Origin: Candidatus Bathyarchaeota archaeon
GTDB lineage: Archaea > Thermoproteota > Bathyarchaeia > Bathyarchaeales > Bathyarchaeaceae
Direction: 5' to 3'
NCBI GenBank assembly: GCA_030615265.1
Contig: JAUWZP010000001.1
Location: forward strand, 6,225 to 70,224
DNA length: 64,000 bases
A model generated the notes under the pieces. It was given only the letters and a program-made list of their open reading frames with translations. It was not told where the DNA came from and did no database searches. The translations under genes were made by a program, and so were the position numbers. Position 1 is the stretch's first letter; each line of letters opens with the position of its first letter. This document shows, in pieces, positions 26,945 through 34,979 of this stretch.

Positions 26945-26975
26945 GAAAAAAGGGGAGTTTACGGGGGACATCTCC
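26945..26975 (-). terminator. probable terminator of the rpl3-rpl4-rpl23 transcript
   Basis: The minus strand reads GGAGATGTCCCCCGTAAACTCCCCTTTTTTC, about 45-75 nt after the rpl23 stop. GGAG/CTCC can pair and are followed by a T6 run; archaeal termination typically uses oligo-T. Confidence 0.5.
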
Positions 26976-27018
26976 AGCATTAATATCTTAAAAGCCTAAT
27001 GACTTAATTCGCAGCCAA

Positions 27019-27279
27019 CTACAGAATGCCGAGTTTAATGGCGACGTCAACAGCCTTGTACTCTGGATGAAGTTTCACAAATGCCTTCTTCAAACCTTTC
27101 GGCGTAATTGCAACATTCACCTTTTCAACTCTCACTTCGTAGAGTTCTTCCACCGCTCGCCTAATGTCACCTTTGGAGGCCTTAAGGTTCACAATGAAAA
27201 CCAGCTTGTTCTCTGCCTCAAGTATGCGGCTAGCCACCTCGGTCATGAGAGGATACATTACAACGTCTTGTGGATCCAA
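27019..27279 (-). CDS. rpl23: 50S ribosomal protein L23 (uL23)
   Basis: The 86 aa sequence ...KLVFIVNLKASKGDIRRAVEELYEVRVEKVNV... has the L23 pattern. It sits directly after rpl4. Confidence 0.9.
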   Translation of the reverse strand: MDPQDVVMYPLMTEVASRILEAENKLVFIVNLKASKGDIRRAVEELYEVRVEKVNVAITPKGLKKAFVKLHPEYKAVDVAIKLGIL

Positions 27280-27284
27280 GCATT

Positions 27285-28064
27285 CTAGCCTCCGAACAAT
27301 TCTCCAAGCTTTTCAAAAGCCGACTTTGACCACATAGTGAGCCTACCAGGATGCGTTCCAGGAGCCAAAAGTTCAACGTTTAAATTGTTAACCTGGACAA
27401 CATCCATACCAAGAATATTTCTGGCTGCCTTCATTATGCCTCCGTTTTCAGCAACCACAAGTAAGGGTCCAACCGCATGCTTCCTCCTTCGCCCTCTCAT
27501 TTTGCCCTTGCCCGCCCGAATTTTCCGGCTTTCCTCAACTCGGTAAATGTCAGGCCAAACACCTAGCTTGATGAGAGTCTCTTTCACTTCGAGTGTCTTC
27601 TTCAATTTTTGAATATCATCGGCTACCACAAGGGGAAAGTCTGGAACATAGTCAGTTATGTGCCCACGGGAAGTCACAGTTTCCTTCAAGGCAGTTGCAG
27701 CTACAGCTGAACGCAGAGCTAGCTTCATCTCTTTTTTAGGAATTCTCTTCACAATCTTCTTCTCGATAACTGGAGGATAAGCCTCTCGACCGCCAACTGT
27801 GCCAACTACAAAGCCACCCTTGTGTCCCATCCCTTTAATTCTTGGAATTCGCGAAATTCCGAGGCCAGTACCCAAAAATTCAACGCTTCTTCTTTTTCCA
27901 GCCAGGGGGTTTCGTCCCTGCGGTTGAAAGCGGCGAGACTGAAGGGCAATTACAGCGCGTTTTATGACGTCACGTCTAATCGGAGTTTTGAAAACTGCGG
28001 GAAGGCTGACTTTGCCCAGTGCTTTGCCTTCTAGGTTGAAGATTTTGGCTGTTCTCTTGCCCAT
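27285..28064 (-). CDS. rpl4: 50S ribosomal protein L4 (uL4)
   Basis: The 259 aa sequence has ...RFQPQGRNPLAGKRRSVEFLGTGLGISRIPR...GGREAYPP... typical of archaeal L4. It lies between rpl3 and rpl23. Confidence 0.9.
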   Translation of the reverse strand: MGKRTAKIFNLEGKALGKVSLPAVFKTPIRRDVIKRAVIALQSRRFQPQGRNPLAGKRRSVEFLGTGLGISRIPRIKGMGHKGGFVVGTVGGREAYPPVIEKKIVKRIPKKEMKLALRSAVAATALKETVTSRGHITDYVPDFPLVVADDIQKLKKTLEVKETLIKLGVWPDIYRVEESRKIRAGKGKMRGRRRKHAVGPLLVVAENGGIMKAARNILGMDVVQVNNLNVELLAPGTHPGRLTMWSKSAFEKLGELFGG

Positions 28065-28080
28065 TTTTCCAAGTCCTCAT

Positions 28081-29091
28081 TTATCCTTGGGGTGACTCAA
28101 GCGATATGGAAACTATTTTCGGAGGTTCTTCTGGAACTCTTCTCGGAGGACGTGCAGGAGCGCGTAGCCTTATTAGGCGTTTGGTGGGGCCTGGTACGCT
28201 ACCGTCTATGAGGATATAGGCCCCGTTGATTTGGCCGTAGCGTAGAAATCCTCCTTTCGGCGTAACTTCGCTTCCGTCTGCCCCAATTTTCAGGATGCGC
28301 TTGTTATATTCAGTGCGTTGGTGGTAGCCCATTTGACCTGCTCTTGGAATGCTGTACTGGACTCTTGCGGGGTGCCAAGGTCCAAGGGTTGCAATGCCTC
28401 GTTTTGTCTTTCGAGCCTTGTGAGATAGAAGTCTAACGCCCCAACGTTTAACAGGTCCTTGAAAGCCTTTGCCTTTTGTTATGGCGATGGCGTCAACATA
28501 TTGGCCTTCTTTGAAGATGTCGGTAGCCGAAACTGTGTTTCCCAAGAGGTTCTTTGCGTATTCAAACTGCTCTTGAATTTGGGCTCCAGCTACTTTGATT
28601 TCCATCACGTCCGGCTTCTTTTTCGGGACGCTTGCAAGTCTGGGCTGAGTGGCAACCAAAAGGCGGAATTCAACAATTTTTTCGAGGTTTTCTTCCATTT
28701 TCTTGAAGGCTTGTTCTGGATTGTGGTTTTTAGGTGGCGTTAAAGCTCGGTTAAGGTCTTTTGGCGGTTTTTTCATCCAGGCTTCTGTGAAACTTTGTAA
28801 ACCATACGGGTTTTTTATGTAAGCGCGTATGGCACAAACTATGATAGGCGGAACGTCTATAACCGTAGCAGCGTGGGCTACTTCTTTGCCGAAATCTGAT
28901 GAGCCAGACTTGTCGTTAACCATGAAAACGTGGGTTAATCCAGCCTTGTAACCAGCAAACCCAAGTAGAATTGGGGTTTCAGCATCAATCTCAGGCCAAA
29001 AACGGATTCTGCCAACTGAACTTGCAGCACGTCCCTTAGGCAAAAAGGCGAGGGAACCACGTTTCGGGGCGTGCTTTTTTCTATGACCCAT
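28081..29091 (-). CDS. rpl3: 50S ribosomal protein L3 (uL3)
   Basis: MGHRKKHAPKRGSLAFLPKGRA... N-terminus and ITKGKGFQGPVKRWGV, both L3 hallmarks. Confidence 0.9.
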   Translation of the reverse strand: MGHRKKHAPKRGSLAFLPKGRAASSVGRIRFWPEIDAETPILLGFAGYKAGLTHVFMVNDKSGSSDFGKEVAHAATVIDVPPIIVCAIRAYIKNPYGLQSFTEAWMKKPPKDLNRALTPPKNHNPEQAFKKMEENLEKIVEFRLLVATQPRLASVPKKKPDVMEIKVAGAQIQEQFEYAKNLLGNTVSATDIFKEGQYVDAIAITKGKGFQGPVKRWGVRLLSHKARKTKRGIATLGPWHPARVQYSIPRAGQMGYHQRTEYNKRILKIGADGSEVTPKGGFLRYGQINGAYILIDGSVPGPTKRLIRLRAPARPPRRVPEEPPKIVSISLESPQG

Positions 29092-29167
29092 GGGTTTGCA
29101 TCTCGTCCTTTTTCAGATAAGAATGTCAAGTTATAAAGGTTGCGAATTCTTTTGTTGGATTGGTTTA

Positions 29168-30049
29168 TCAGTCAAGTGTGTTTAAGATGGCTAAAGTAGT
29201 GTATACTGCCTCTTCGGTTCGCACAGTTTCTGTTCCTTGATTTGGAATGGTATTAACAATGAAGCTGGCGATATCTCCGAGTCTTAGATGTTCACGAGCG
29301 ACAATTTCATGTAATCCTTGTGTGGGTGCCCCGAAGGCCACCAAAACTTTCTTGGAAACTTTCCATTTTTCTCTCAGTTTATCAATTACTTCTATGATTG
29401 GTTTTCCCTTCCGAGAAGTCGCAACTACTAGGTTATATCTTCTCTTTTTTATCAATTTTCCAAATGGAACCTTGGAAACGGCTACACTATAGCCCCAGTA
29501 TGTTCCAATTTCTTTTCGACTTACCAAAGTTGCCAGAAACGGTTTCTTAAGGTTGGCTATTTTCACTGTAACTCGCATGTTCTTCGGCAGTTTCTTCCTA
29601 GTTATAAGTGCTGGCTGTTCTACACCGACGTCTATAAGCGGCCCGTTCTTAGTTACGGAGACAACAACTCCTTCTCGGTATTCTCCGACGTTAAGTCTTG
29701 CTAGCCTATTAGCCAACGGGTGATGCGATGTGCGGAGGGGAGGTAAAACACCTGCATAGCGTAGTTCTGGCCTAATTTTGAAAAGTCTTTTCCGAAGGTA
29801 TTGAGGGGTTTCCATGTAGGAGAGAATGGAAGCGAGAAGGTCAGTGTCTCGACTTTGATTGAAGTTTGGCATGTCTGGATAGACAATAATCTCATCTATT
29901 CTGAAAATTGCTGCTGCCCGTCCGACCTGTCCGATTCTAACGGTTTTTTCTCGGAGATGCGGTGTATCAGAGACAAAAGATGCGGGTATGGCTATAGAAA
30001 TCTCATGTAGTCGCCGTAGGGACTCAGATTTTTCCTTTAAACCTTTCAA
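29168..30049 (-). CDS. SPOUT-superfamily putative RNA methyltransferase (DUF171/COG2106)
   Basis: ISIAIPASFVSDTPHLREKT..IGQVGRAAAIFRIDEIIVY N-terminus, an inserted OB-like segment (GEYREGVVVSV) and the conserved position upstream of rpl3 seen in many archaea. Confidence 0.6.
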   Translation of the reverse strand: MKGLKEKSESLRRLHEISIAIPASFVSDTPHLREKTVRIGQVGRAAAIFRIDEIIVYPDMPNFNQSRDTDLLASILSYMETPQYLRKRLFKIRPELRYAGVLPPLRTSHHPLANRLARLNVGEYREGVVVSVTKNGPLIDVGVEQPALITRKKLPKNMRVTVKIANLKKPFLATLVSRKEIGTYWGYSVAVSKVPFGKLIKKRRYNLVVATSRKGKPIIEVIDKLREKWKVSKKVLVAFGAPTQGLHEIVAREHLRLGDIASFIVNTIPNQGTETVRTEEAVYTTLAILNTLD

Positions 30050-30192
30050 GCGAGCCAGCCAAGAGCATGTAAGAATAACTATTTTCTAAAGTTTGCGGAT
30101 TGGTGTGAACTCTTTCTTCTTCGTTTCTCGCATTCGATTAAAGTTAATAGTGACATTGCGTAAGGCATTGTTGATTTGCATGGTGGATATGC

Positions 30193-30807
30193 ATGTTTGA
30201 ATTTGGGAAACTCCGTTTTAGACCCATAGAGAGAGAGGATTTGAAGCTGTTGCATGAATGGGAAAACGATTTTGAACTGATAATGTATTCGAGAAGCAAG
30301 CCGATGAACTTTGTGAATATGGCTCAGTTGGAAAAGCAATATGAGGAGTGGGTGAAAGACGAGAAAGAACTTCGGTTCATAGTTGAACTTGTTGATTCGA
30401 AAGAGGCTATTGGAATTGCTCGCCTGAGACGACAAGATTGGGGCAATGTGAAGACCGCCGAAGTGGGGACGTACATTGGCAAGAAGGAACTGTGGGGAAA
30501 AGGCTTGGGTCGACAAATCACCGTGGCTTTACTGGAAATGTCCTTTAACCAATTGAATGTGGACCGCTGTGAAGCTTGGAGCGTAGAATATAACCATCGT
30601 GCCCACAAAGCTCTAGAAGCATGCGGCTTCAAAAAAGGCGGGGCGATGAGGCAAGCTGCCTTTGTGAATGGACGAAAATGGGATGGCTTCCACTTTGATA
30701 TCCTTCGAGATGAATACCTAAAAAAACGAACGAACTTGCTGAAGCAAACGTTAGGAGACAAATTAGAAAAATACTCTGAGAAACACTGCACTATCAACGG
30801 ATATTAG
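30193..30807 (+). CDS. GNAT-family N-acetyltransferase (RimJ/RimL-like)
   Basis: LRFRPIEREDLKLLHEWEND..., GKGLGRQITVALLEMSF (acetyl-CoA loop) and NHRAHKALEACGFKKGG. Confidence 0.8.
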   Translation: MFEFGKLRFRPIEREDLKLLHEWENDFELIMYSRSKPMNFVNMAQLEKQYEEWVKDEKELRFIVELVDSKEAIGIARLRRQDWGNVKTAEVGTYIGKKELWGKGLGRQITVALLEMSFNQLNVDRCEAWSVEYNHRAHKALEACGFKKGGAMRQAAFVNGRKWDGFHFDILRDEYLKKRTNLLKQTLGDKLEKYSEKHCTINGY

Positions 30808-30846
30808 GCGCATGGGTGTATGCAATGACAAGTCGTGTTCTAGAGT

Positions 30847-31146
30847 TTATCTCTTGATCTCCGCCTTTTTCATGCGTCCTATAGTCCGCTGACTTGCTTT
30901 TCCACATTCTTTACACGTTAGCTTCATCGGAATTTTTCTGGTCGTTTTGGACCTTCGCGCCATTCTGCTGACGGGAACTTTGGAGAATTTTCCGTGTCCG
31001 CCAATTCCTCGGTCTCTGCGAGCTTTCTGTATCTCTCCTTTTGACAATTTGCCTCTTCTGTGGCTTACGCTGAGTACGCTGACTGTGTGAACCGTATGTT
31101 TCTTGCAGGTTGCGCAGTAGGTTCTGATTTCCTTTGGCAGCAGCAT
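30847..31146 (-). CDS. rpl44e: 50S ribosomal protein L44e (eL42)
   Basis: PKEIRTYCATCKKHTVHTV ... KLTCKECGK: a two-CxxC zinc-ribbon arrangement and a basic composition typical of L44e. Confidence 0.85.
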   Translation of the reverse strand: MLLPKEIRTYCATCKKHTVHTVSVLSVSHRRGKLSKGEIQKARRDRGIGGHGKFSKVPVSRMARRSKTTRKIPMKLTCKECGKASQRTIGRMKKAEIKR

Positions 31147-31235
31147 TTCTATAGCGCCTAAACTGAAAACTACGAGTTAATATATAAACATTAACGATAG
31201 CCTTTCAGTAAGAGTGAAATTTCACATTTAAATTC

Positions 31236-32324
31236 TCAAATCAAGAACTTGCCGTCTTTATAGATTAGTTCGCTGTCTGCGTGGATTTCTCCGTGTTTCA
31301 TGTCTTTCAGAAGGTCCCAGTGAATGCTGGACTGGTTTTTTCCGCCTGAAATTGGAATAGACCTTCCAAGTGCAAGGTGCATGCAGTGGTCCATTTTTTC
31401 GTCGAAGAGCATGTTTTTCGTGAAACGTGTGATGCCCTTGTTTGTGCCTATGGCGATTTCGCCTATCCTCTTTGCTCCAGTGTCAGTTTTGAGGAGTTCT
31501 CTCAGGAGTCCTTCGCCCTTCTCAGCTCTTGCTTGCACGACTTTACCGTTTTTGAAGACCAACGTTATGTCTTCTATTTCTCTTCCCATGTAGATTCCGG
31601 GATAGGTGAATCTGATTTGTCCTCGAGCTGAGTTTTCGACGGGTCCTGTGAAGACTTCTCCACTTGGCATGTTGACGTGTCCGTCGCTGTTTATCCATTT
31701 TCGGCCTTCAACCTTGAGTTTAAGGTCGGTGTCTTCGCCTACGAATCGCATGTTCTTGATTTTGTCGAGCTTCTGTGTGATGCGCTCCTGTTTTTTTGAC
31801 AGTTTCCTCCATTCCTCAACTGGGTCTTTCTTATCTAGGTAGCATGCTTTGGCTACGAAGTCTTGGTATTCAAACAGGGACATTTCTGCTTCTTGCGCGA
31901 AGGCTTCTGTCGGGTAAGGAATTATTGCCAGCGCTCCAGGTTTAACGTGTTTCATGTAGAGGTCAATTATTTCCCGTTGAGAAGCAGTTCTTTGCTTGAT
32001 CTTCGCTGGAGGCACACCTGAAAGCCTTTTCAAATTGGTTTCGGCAAAGATGCTGATTATCCCGTCGATTTCTTTCAAGAAGAATTTGGTGAACGGAGAT
32101 ACGTGAGTGACCTGTTTTTCGCTTCCATACGTGTAGAGCAATTCAGTTAAACCATCTACTCTTATGCGTAGTACTGGGTGTCCGCCTTTTAGGAGTATAT
32201 GCTTGTAAAGTTGCTGAATAAGCGGTGCTGCAACAGCGTGTCCTATAATGCCTATTTTCTTGTCCTCTGAAACGGGTAGGCAGTATTCTGTGGCTAGGAT
32301 CGCAAGTTTTTCTACGTCGAACAT
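31236..32324 (-). CDS. aminopeptidase, M29 (AmpS/PepS) family
   Basis: GEIAIGTN..., MHLALG... and HWDLLKDM... C-terminal motifs of thermophilic-metalloprotease M29. ATG 32324 preferred to TTG 32330. Confidence 0.75.
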   Translation of the reverse strand: MFDVEKLAILATEYCLPVSEDKKIGIIGHAVAAPLIQQLYKHILLKGGHPVLRIRVDGLTELLYTYGSEKQVTHVSPFTKFFLKEIDGIISIFAETNLKRLSGVPPAKIKQRTASQREIIDLYMKHVKPGALAIIPYPTEAFAQEAEMSLFEYQDFVAKACYLDKKDPVEEWRKLSKKQERITQKLDKIKNMRFVGEDTDLKLKVEGRKWINSDGHVNMPSGEVFTGPVENSARGQIRFTYPGIYMGREIEDITLVFKNGKVVQARAEKGEGLLRELLKTDTGAKRIGEIAIGTNKGITRFTKNMLFDEKMDHCMHLALGRSIPISGGKNQSSIHWDLLKDMKHGEIHADSELIYKDGKFLI

Positions 32325-32430
32325 GGACAAATTCTCCCCAAAGCAACCTTTACCATGTATGATAGCTTTAAAGAGTTTACGTGTTCAATCGGCAAAGATA
32401 AATAATCTGCTGGACTGTAACTTTCAAGCA

Positions 32431-34140
32431 ATGATTTATCGAAAAGCTGTGTCACTGATTCTTACTTACATGTTTCTTTCATTAGCCTTTAACGTAACAT
32501 TGAGCCCAGTGCAGAGTCGCGGAGGATTAAAGCCCGAAGAGTCACAGGTCACTGCAATGGTAAACGGAACAAACGCATACAATTACGCCTTAAAGCTGGA
32601 AGAGATAGCGTTGAACCATAGCGTTTCTAAATATTCATTCCGAGCTGGGGGATCGGTTGGAGCACTTGAAACAGCCAAGTGGATTGAGACTCAGTTTAAA
32701 AGTTTCGATCTTGAAACTCATATGGAGTCATTTGAGTTCACGAACTGGAGTCTGTTTAGCCAGCCAGAGTTAGCCGTTGATTACGACGGCAACCAGTTCG
32801 CGATCGAGTCTTTTCAGTCCACGCATTACAGTTGGCCAACTTCGCAAAGCGGCGTATTTGCGGATCTCGTTGTTCTACCTCTACCCGAAGCAGCCAATCG
32901 CGATGAAGTTGGCAGCCGCTCTATTGATATGACGCTTTGGGACGCCGTGGATACAGATGGCAAGATACTGTTAGTCGGCAAAGAAGTTCGTTGGAGCAGT
33001 ACGTGGGAGCAAACCTTTAAGAACAAACTGACAGCCCAACCGCCTGCTGCGGTCATTTATACATGGTGGTATGATTGGATGAATTTTACTCCGCCCATGT
33101 TTAGCTCTGGAGGCGGTCGACCATTGAGTGGATTAGGCGCCTACTATTGGGACTTGAAGATTCCCGTGGGATGGGTGAATTACGAGGATGGCTTGATGAT
33201 TCGAGGCATGGAGCAGGAGCTGAACGTGTCTGCAAGAGTTAGCATCAACTCGGTTATCGGGTTTGGTTCACATTACAATGTTATTGGAAGGTTACAGGGC
33301 TCTGGTGACTCTGAAAAGTTCATCATTGTTTCTGGACATTACGACACAGTTATGACTAGCGGTTTCTGCGATAATGCAGCTGGCACTGCCGGGGTCATAG
33401 AGCTGGCTCGAATTTTTTCTGAAGCCTTTAAAAGCGGCTGGTACGCTCCAAAGTATACGATCTTGTTTATCGGCTTTGCAAGTGAGGAACTCGGGCTTAT
33501 CGGTTCAGTAGACTATGTGAGGCAACATAAAGCCGAGATGGAGGACATTATTGCGGTTGTTAACTTGGACAGCATTGGCAGCGACGAGCTTACTGTTTCA
33601 GAGGCTCCTGACGACGACTTAAATCTAGATGGGCTTATCTTAGAGGCTGCAAGCGACCTAAACGTTAGTGCAAGGCTGATTAATCCCGGCAGCTCAGATC
33701 AGGAGGCTTTCAGGAACCCAAGGGGCAGCAACGAGTTCTATAAGCTTTGGGGTTCAGATGCCAACATTAGTGACGCGGTTCCTGTAAAGTCTAGCACCAT
33801 GATTGCTTCTTCTCCAATCATGTATAGTGACAAGTGGATTCTGGAAAAGCCAGGTTGGATTCACACCTCTTATGATAATTCCACTTCTACTCAAACATTA
33901 GGCTGGGCTGAACCAGACAACATGCAAGACCAGATTCAAGTTGCAGCACTTTCGGTTATGCGGATTTCTCCCTCGGCTCCCTCAGCTCCGTTTTCTTGGT
34001 TAACTCCAACAACTATCGTTGCTTTCACCGTGGTTGCCACCGTATTTTCAGTGATCGCAGTAGTGTACTTTGCGAAAGTGAGAAAACGCACGCCCACTCA
34101 GATTAAAGAAGAATCTGGGCAAGAGAAAACTGTCTTCTAA
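32431..34140 (+). CDS. secreted/membrane-anchored M28-family metallopeptidase with PA-like insert
   Basis: Signal peptide from ATG 32431 (MIYRKAVSLILTYMFLSLAF). NVIGRL...IIVSGHYDTV, DNAAGTAGVIELARIF and FASEELGLIGS are M28 zinc-ligand motifs. C-terminal TM helix. The ORF-track start at 32248 overlaps the divergent M29 gene. Confidence 0.75.
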   Translation: MIYRKAVSLILTYMFLSLAFNVTLSPVQSRGGLKPEESQVTAMVNGTNAYNYALKLEEIALNHSVSKYSFRAGGSVGALETAKWIETQFKSFDLETHMESFEFTNWSLFSQPELAVDYDGNQFAIESFQSTHYSWPTSQSGVFADLVVLPLPEAANRDEVGSRSIDMTLWDAVDTDGKILLVGKEVRWSSTWEQTFKNKLTAQPPAAVIYTWWYDWMNFTPPMFSSGGGRPLSGLGAYYWDLKIPVGWVNYEDGLMIRGMEQELNVSARVSINSVIGFGSHYNVIGRLQGSGDSEKFIIVSGHYDTVMTSGFCDNAAGTAGVIELARIFSEAFKSGWYAPKYTILFIGFASEELGLIGSVDYVRQHKAEMEDIIAVVNLDSIGSDELTVSEAPDDDLNLDGLILEAASDLNVSARLINPGSSDQEAFRNPRGSNEFYKLWGSDANISDAVPVKSSTMIASSPIMYSDKWILEKPGWIHTSYDNSTSTQTLGWAEPDNMQDQIQVAALSVMRISPSAPSAPFSWLTPTTIVAFTVVATVFSVIAVVYFAKVRKRTPTQIKEESGQEKTVF

Positions 34141-34157
34141 CACGATCGGTTAAGGGT

Positions 34158-34673
34158 TTACCTCGATAGTACTGCATTGCAATGGTAACATTTGCTTCTG
34201 AAGGAGCCCGTTGGAAGAGGCTTCCCGCATTTTGAGCATCTGAATTTTTCTTCAGATTCTTTAAGCCATACTTTGATTTCAGCCTCGCCTTTTCGGATTC
34301 TTTCCAAGTTAGCTCTCAAGTCTACGCCGTTTTCTTCAAGATAGGGGTTAGCTAAGTTTTCAAATTTTTCACAAGAATGCTCCTCGTATTGCTTGCATTG
34401 GTAGCAGAACTCTAGGTTTTCAGCTCTTAAACATTGGACGATTTTACATTTGTATCCCCAGCAGTTTGGAGTTAAAGCTTGACAACCTTCGCAACGTACT
34501 TTTTCGGGTGGACACTTGAAGTGTGCCGCAAGCCTCTTCAGATAGTCTCCGTTGTCTTTGTATGCGCGGTAGATGCCACAAGCACCACAGTAGAGCCCAC
34601 ATCTGCCAACAAGCCGCGTATCAACCAAACCAAAACAACCCACTTTCAAATTCATGTAGTTCTTTAATAGCAT
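34158..34673 (-). CDS. DUF3795-like Cys-rich protein
   Basis: CGLYCGACGIYRAY ... CEGC ... CKIVQC ... CYQCKQYEEHSC ... CSKCGK. ATG 34673 preferred because the ORF-track start lies 21 nt from the tRNA. Confidence 0.6.
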   Translation of the reverse strand: MLLKNYMNLKVGCFGLVDTRLVGRCGLYCGACGIYRAYKDNGDYLKRLAAHFKCPPEKVRCEGCQALTPNCWGYKCKIVQCLRAENLEFCYQCKQYEEHSCEKFENLANPYLEENGVDLRANLERIRKGEAEIKVWLKESEEKFRCSKCGKPLPTGSFRSKCYHCNAVLSR

Positions 34674-34733
34674 CCCTTTTCCTTTTTCTGTCTTGCGATA
34701 TCCCAAATACAAACTGGAAAACTACAAATAAAA

Positions 34734-34839
34734 TGGTGCGGCGGGCCGGATTCGAACCGGCGAACCCCTACGGGAAAGGATCTTGAGTCCTTCGCCTAAT
34801 GTCGCTTTTCAAGCTTTGACCTGGCTTGGCTACCGCCGC
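34734..34839 (-). tRNA. tRNA-Leu(CAA): tRNA-Leu (anticodon CAA) with encoded CCA and an about 18-nt intron at a non-canonical D-arm position
   Basis: The reverse complement reads GCGGCGG-TA-GCCAAGCCAGGTCAAAG[CTTGAAAAGCGACATTAG]GC-G-AAGGA-CTCAAGA-TCCTT-TCCCGTAGGGGTTC-GCCGG-TTCGAAT-CCGGC-CCGCCGC-A-CCA. It has a 7-bp acceptor stem, a T-arm, a long variable arm and a CAA anticodon loop. The bracketed insert (plus-strand 34796-34813) breaks the D-stem. Confidence 0.85.
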
Positions 34840-34979
34840 ACCTAGAAACACTCAAACATAAACAAAATTTAAGCGTTGCTTGTCTAGGCGCTTTTCTTCT
34901 CCATATTCAAGCATGTAGAACTCGAAAGAATTCTCTTTAAGGGTCAAATCAGATATAGCTCAGATGGTTCTTACACGGT

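Noticed and set aside
26612-26991. ORF-track ORFs 26612-26860 and 26716-26991 (and 25932-26129, 26355-26543) inside the repeat region.
   Set aside because: They run through palindromes, terminator-like runs and inverted repeats, have no RBS or promoter logic, and have implausible compositions. They are treated as non-coding.
24192-27000. Calling the 2.8-kb segment a bona fide mobile element or integrated provirus.
   Set aside because: There is no integrase, transposase or replication gene, and a 14-nt repeat can arise by chance at this window size. It is reported only as a hypothesis, not as a feature.
32248-32430. N-terminal 61-codon extension of the M28 peptidase ORF, and similar extensions at 6113, 34712, 56365, 59659, 60629 and 61023.
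   Set aside because: The extensions overlap neighbouring genes or a tRNA, or lack signal-peptide or domain logic. Internal ATG/GTG starts give canonical N-termini.
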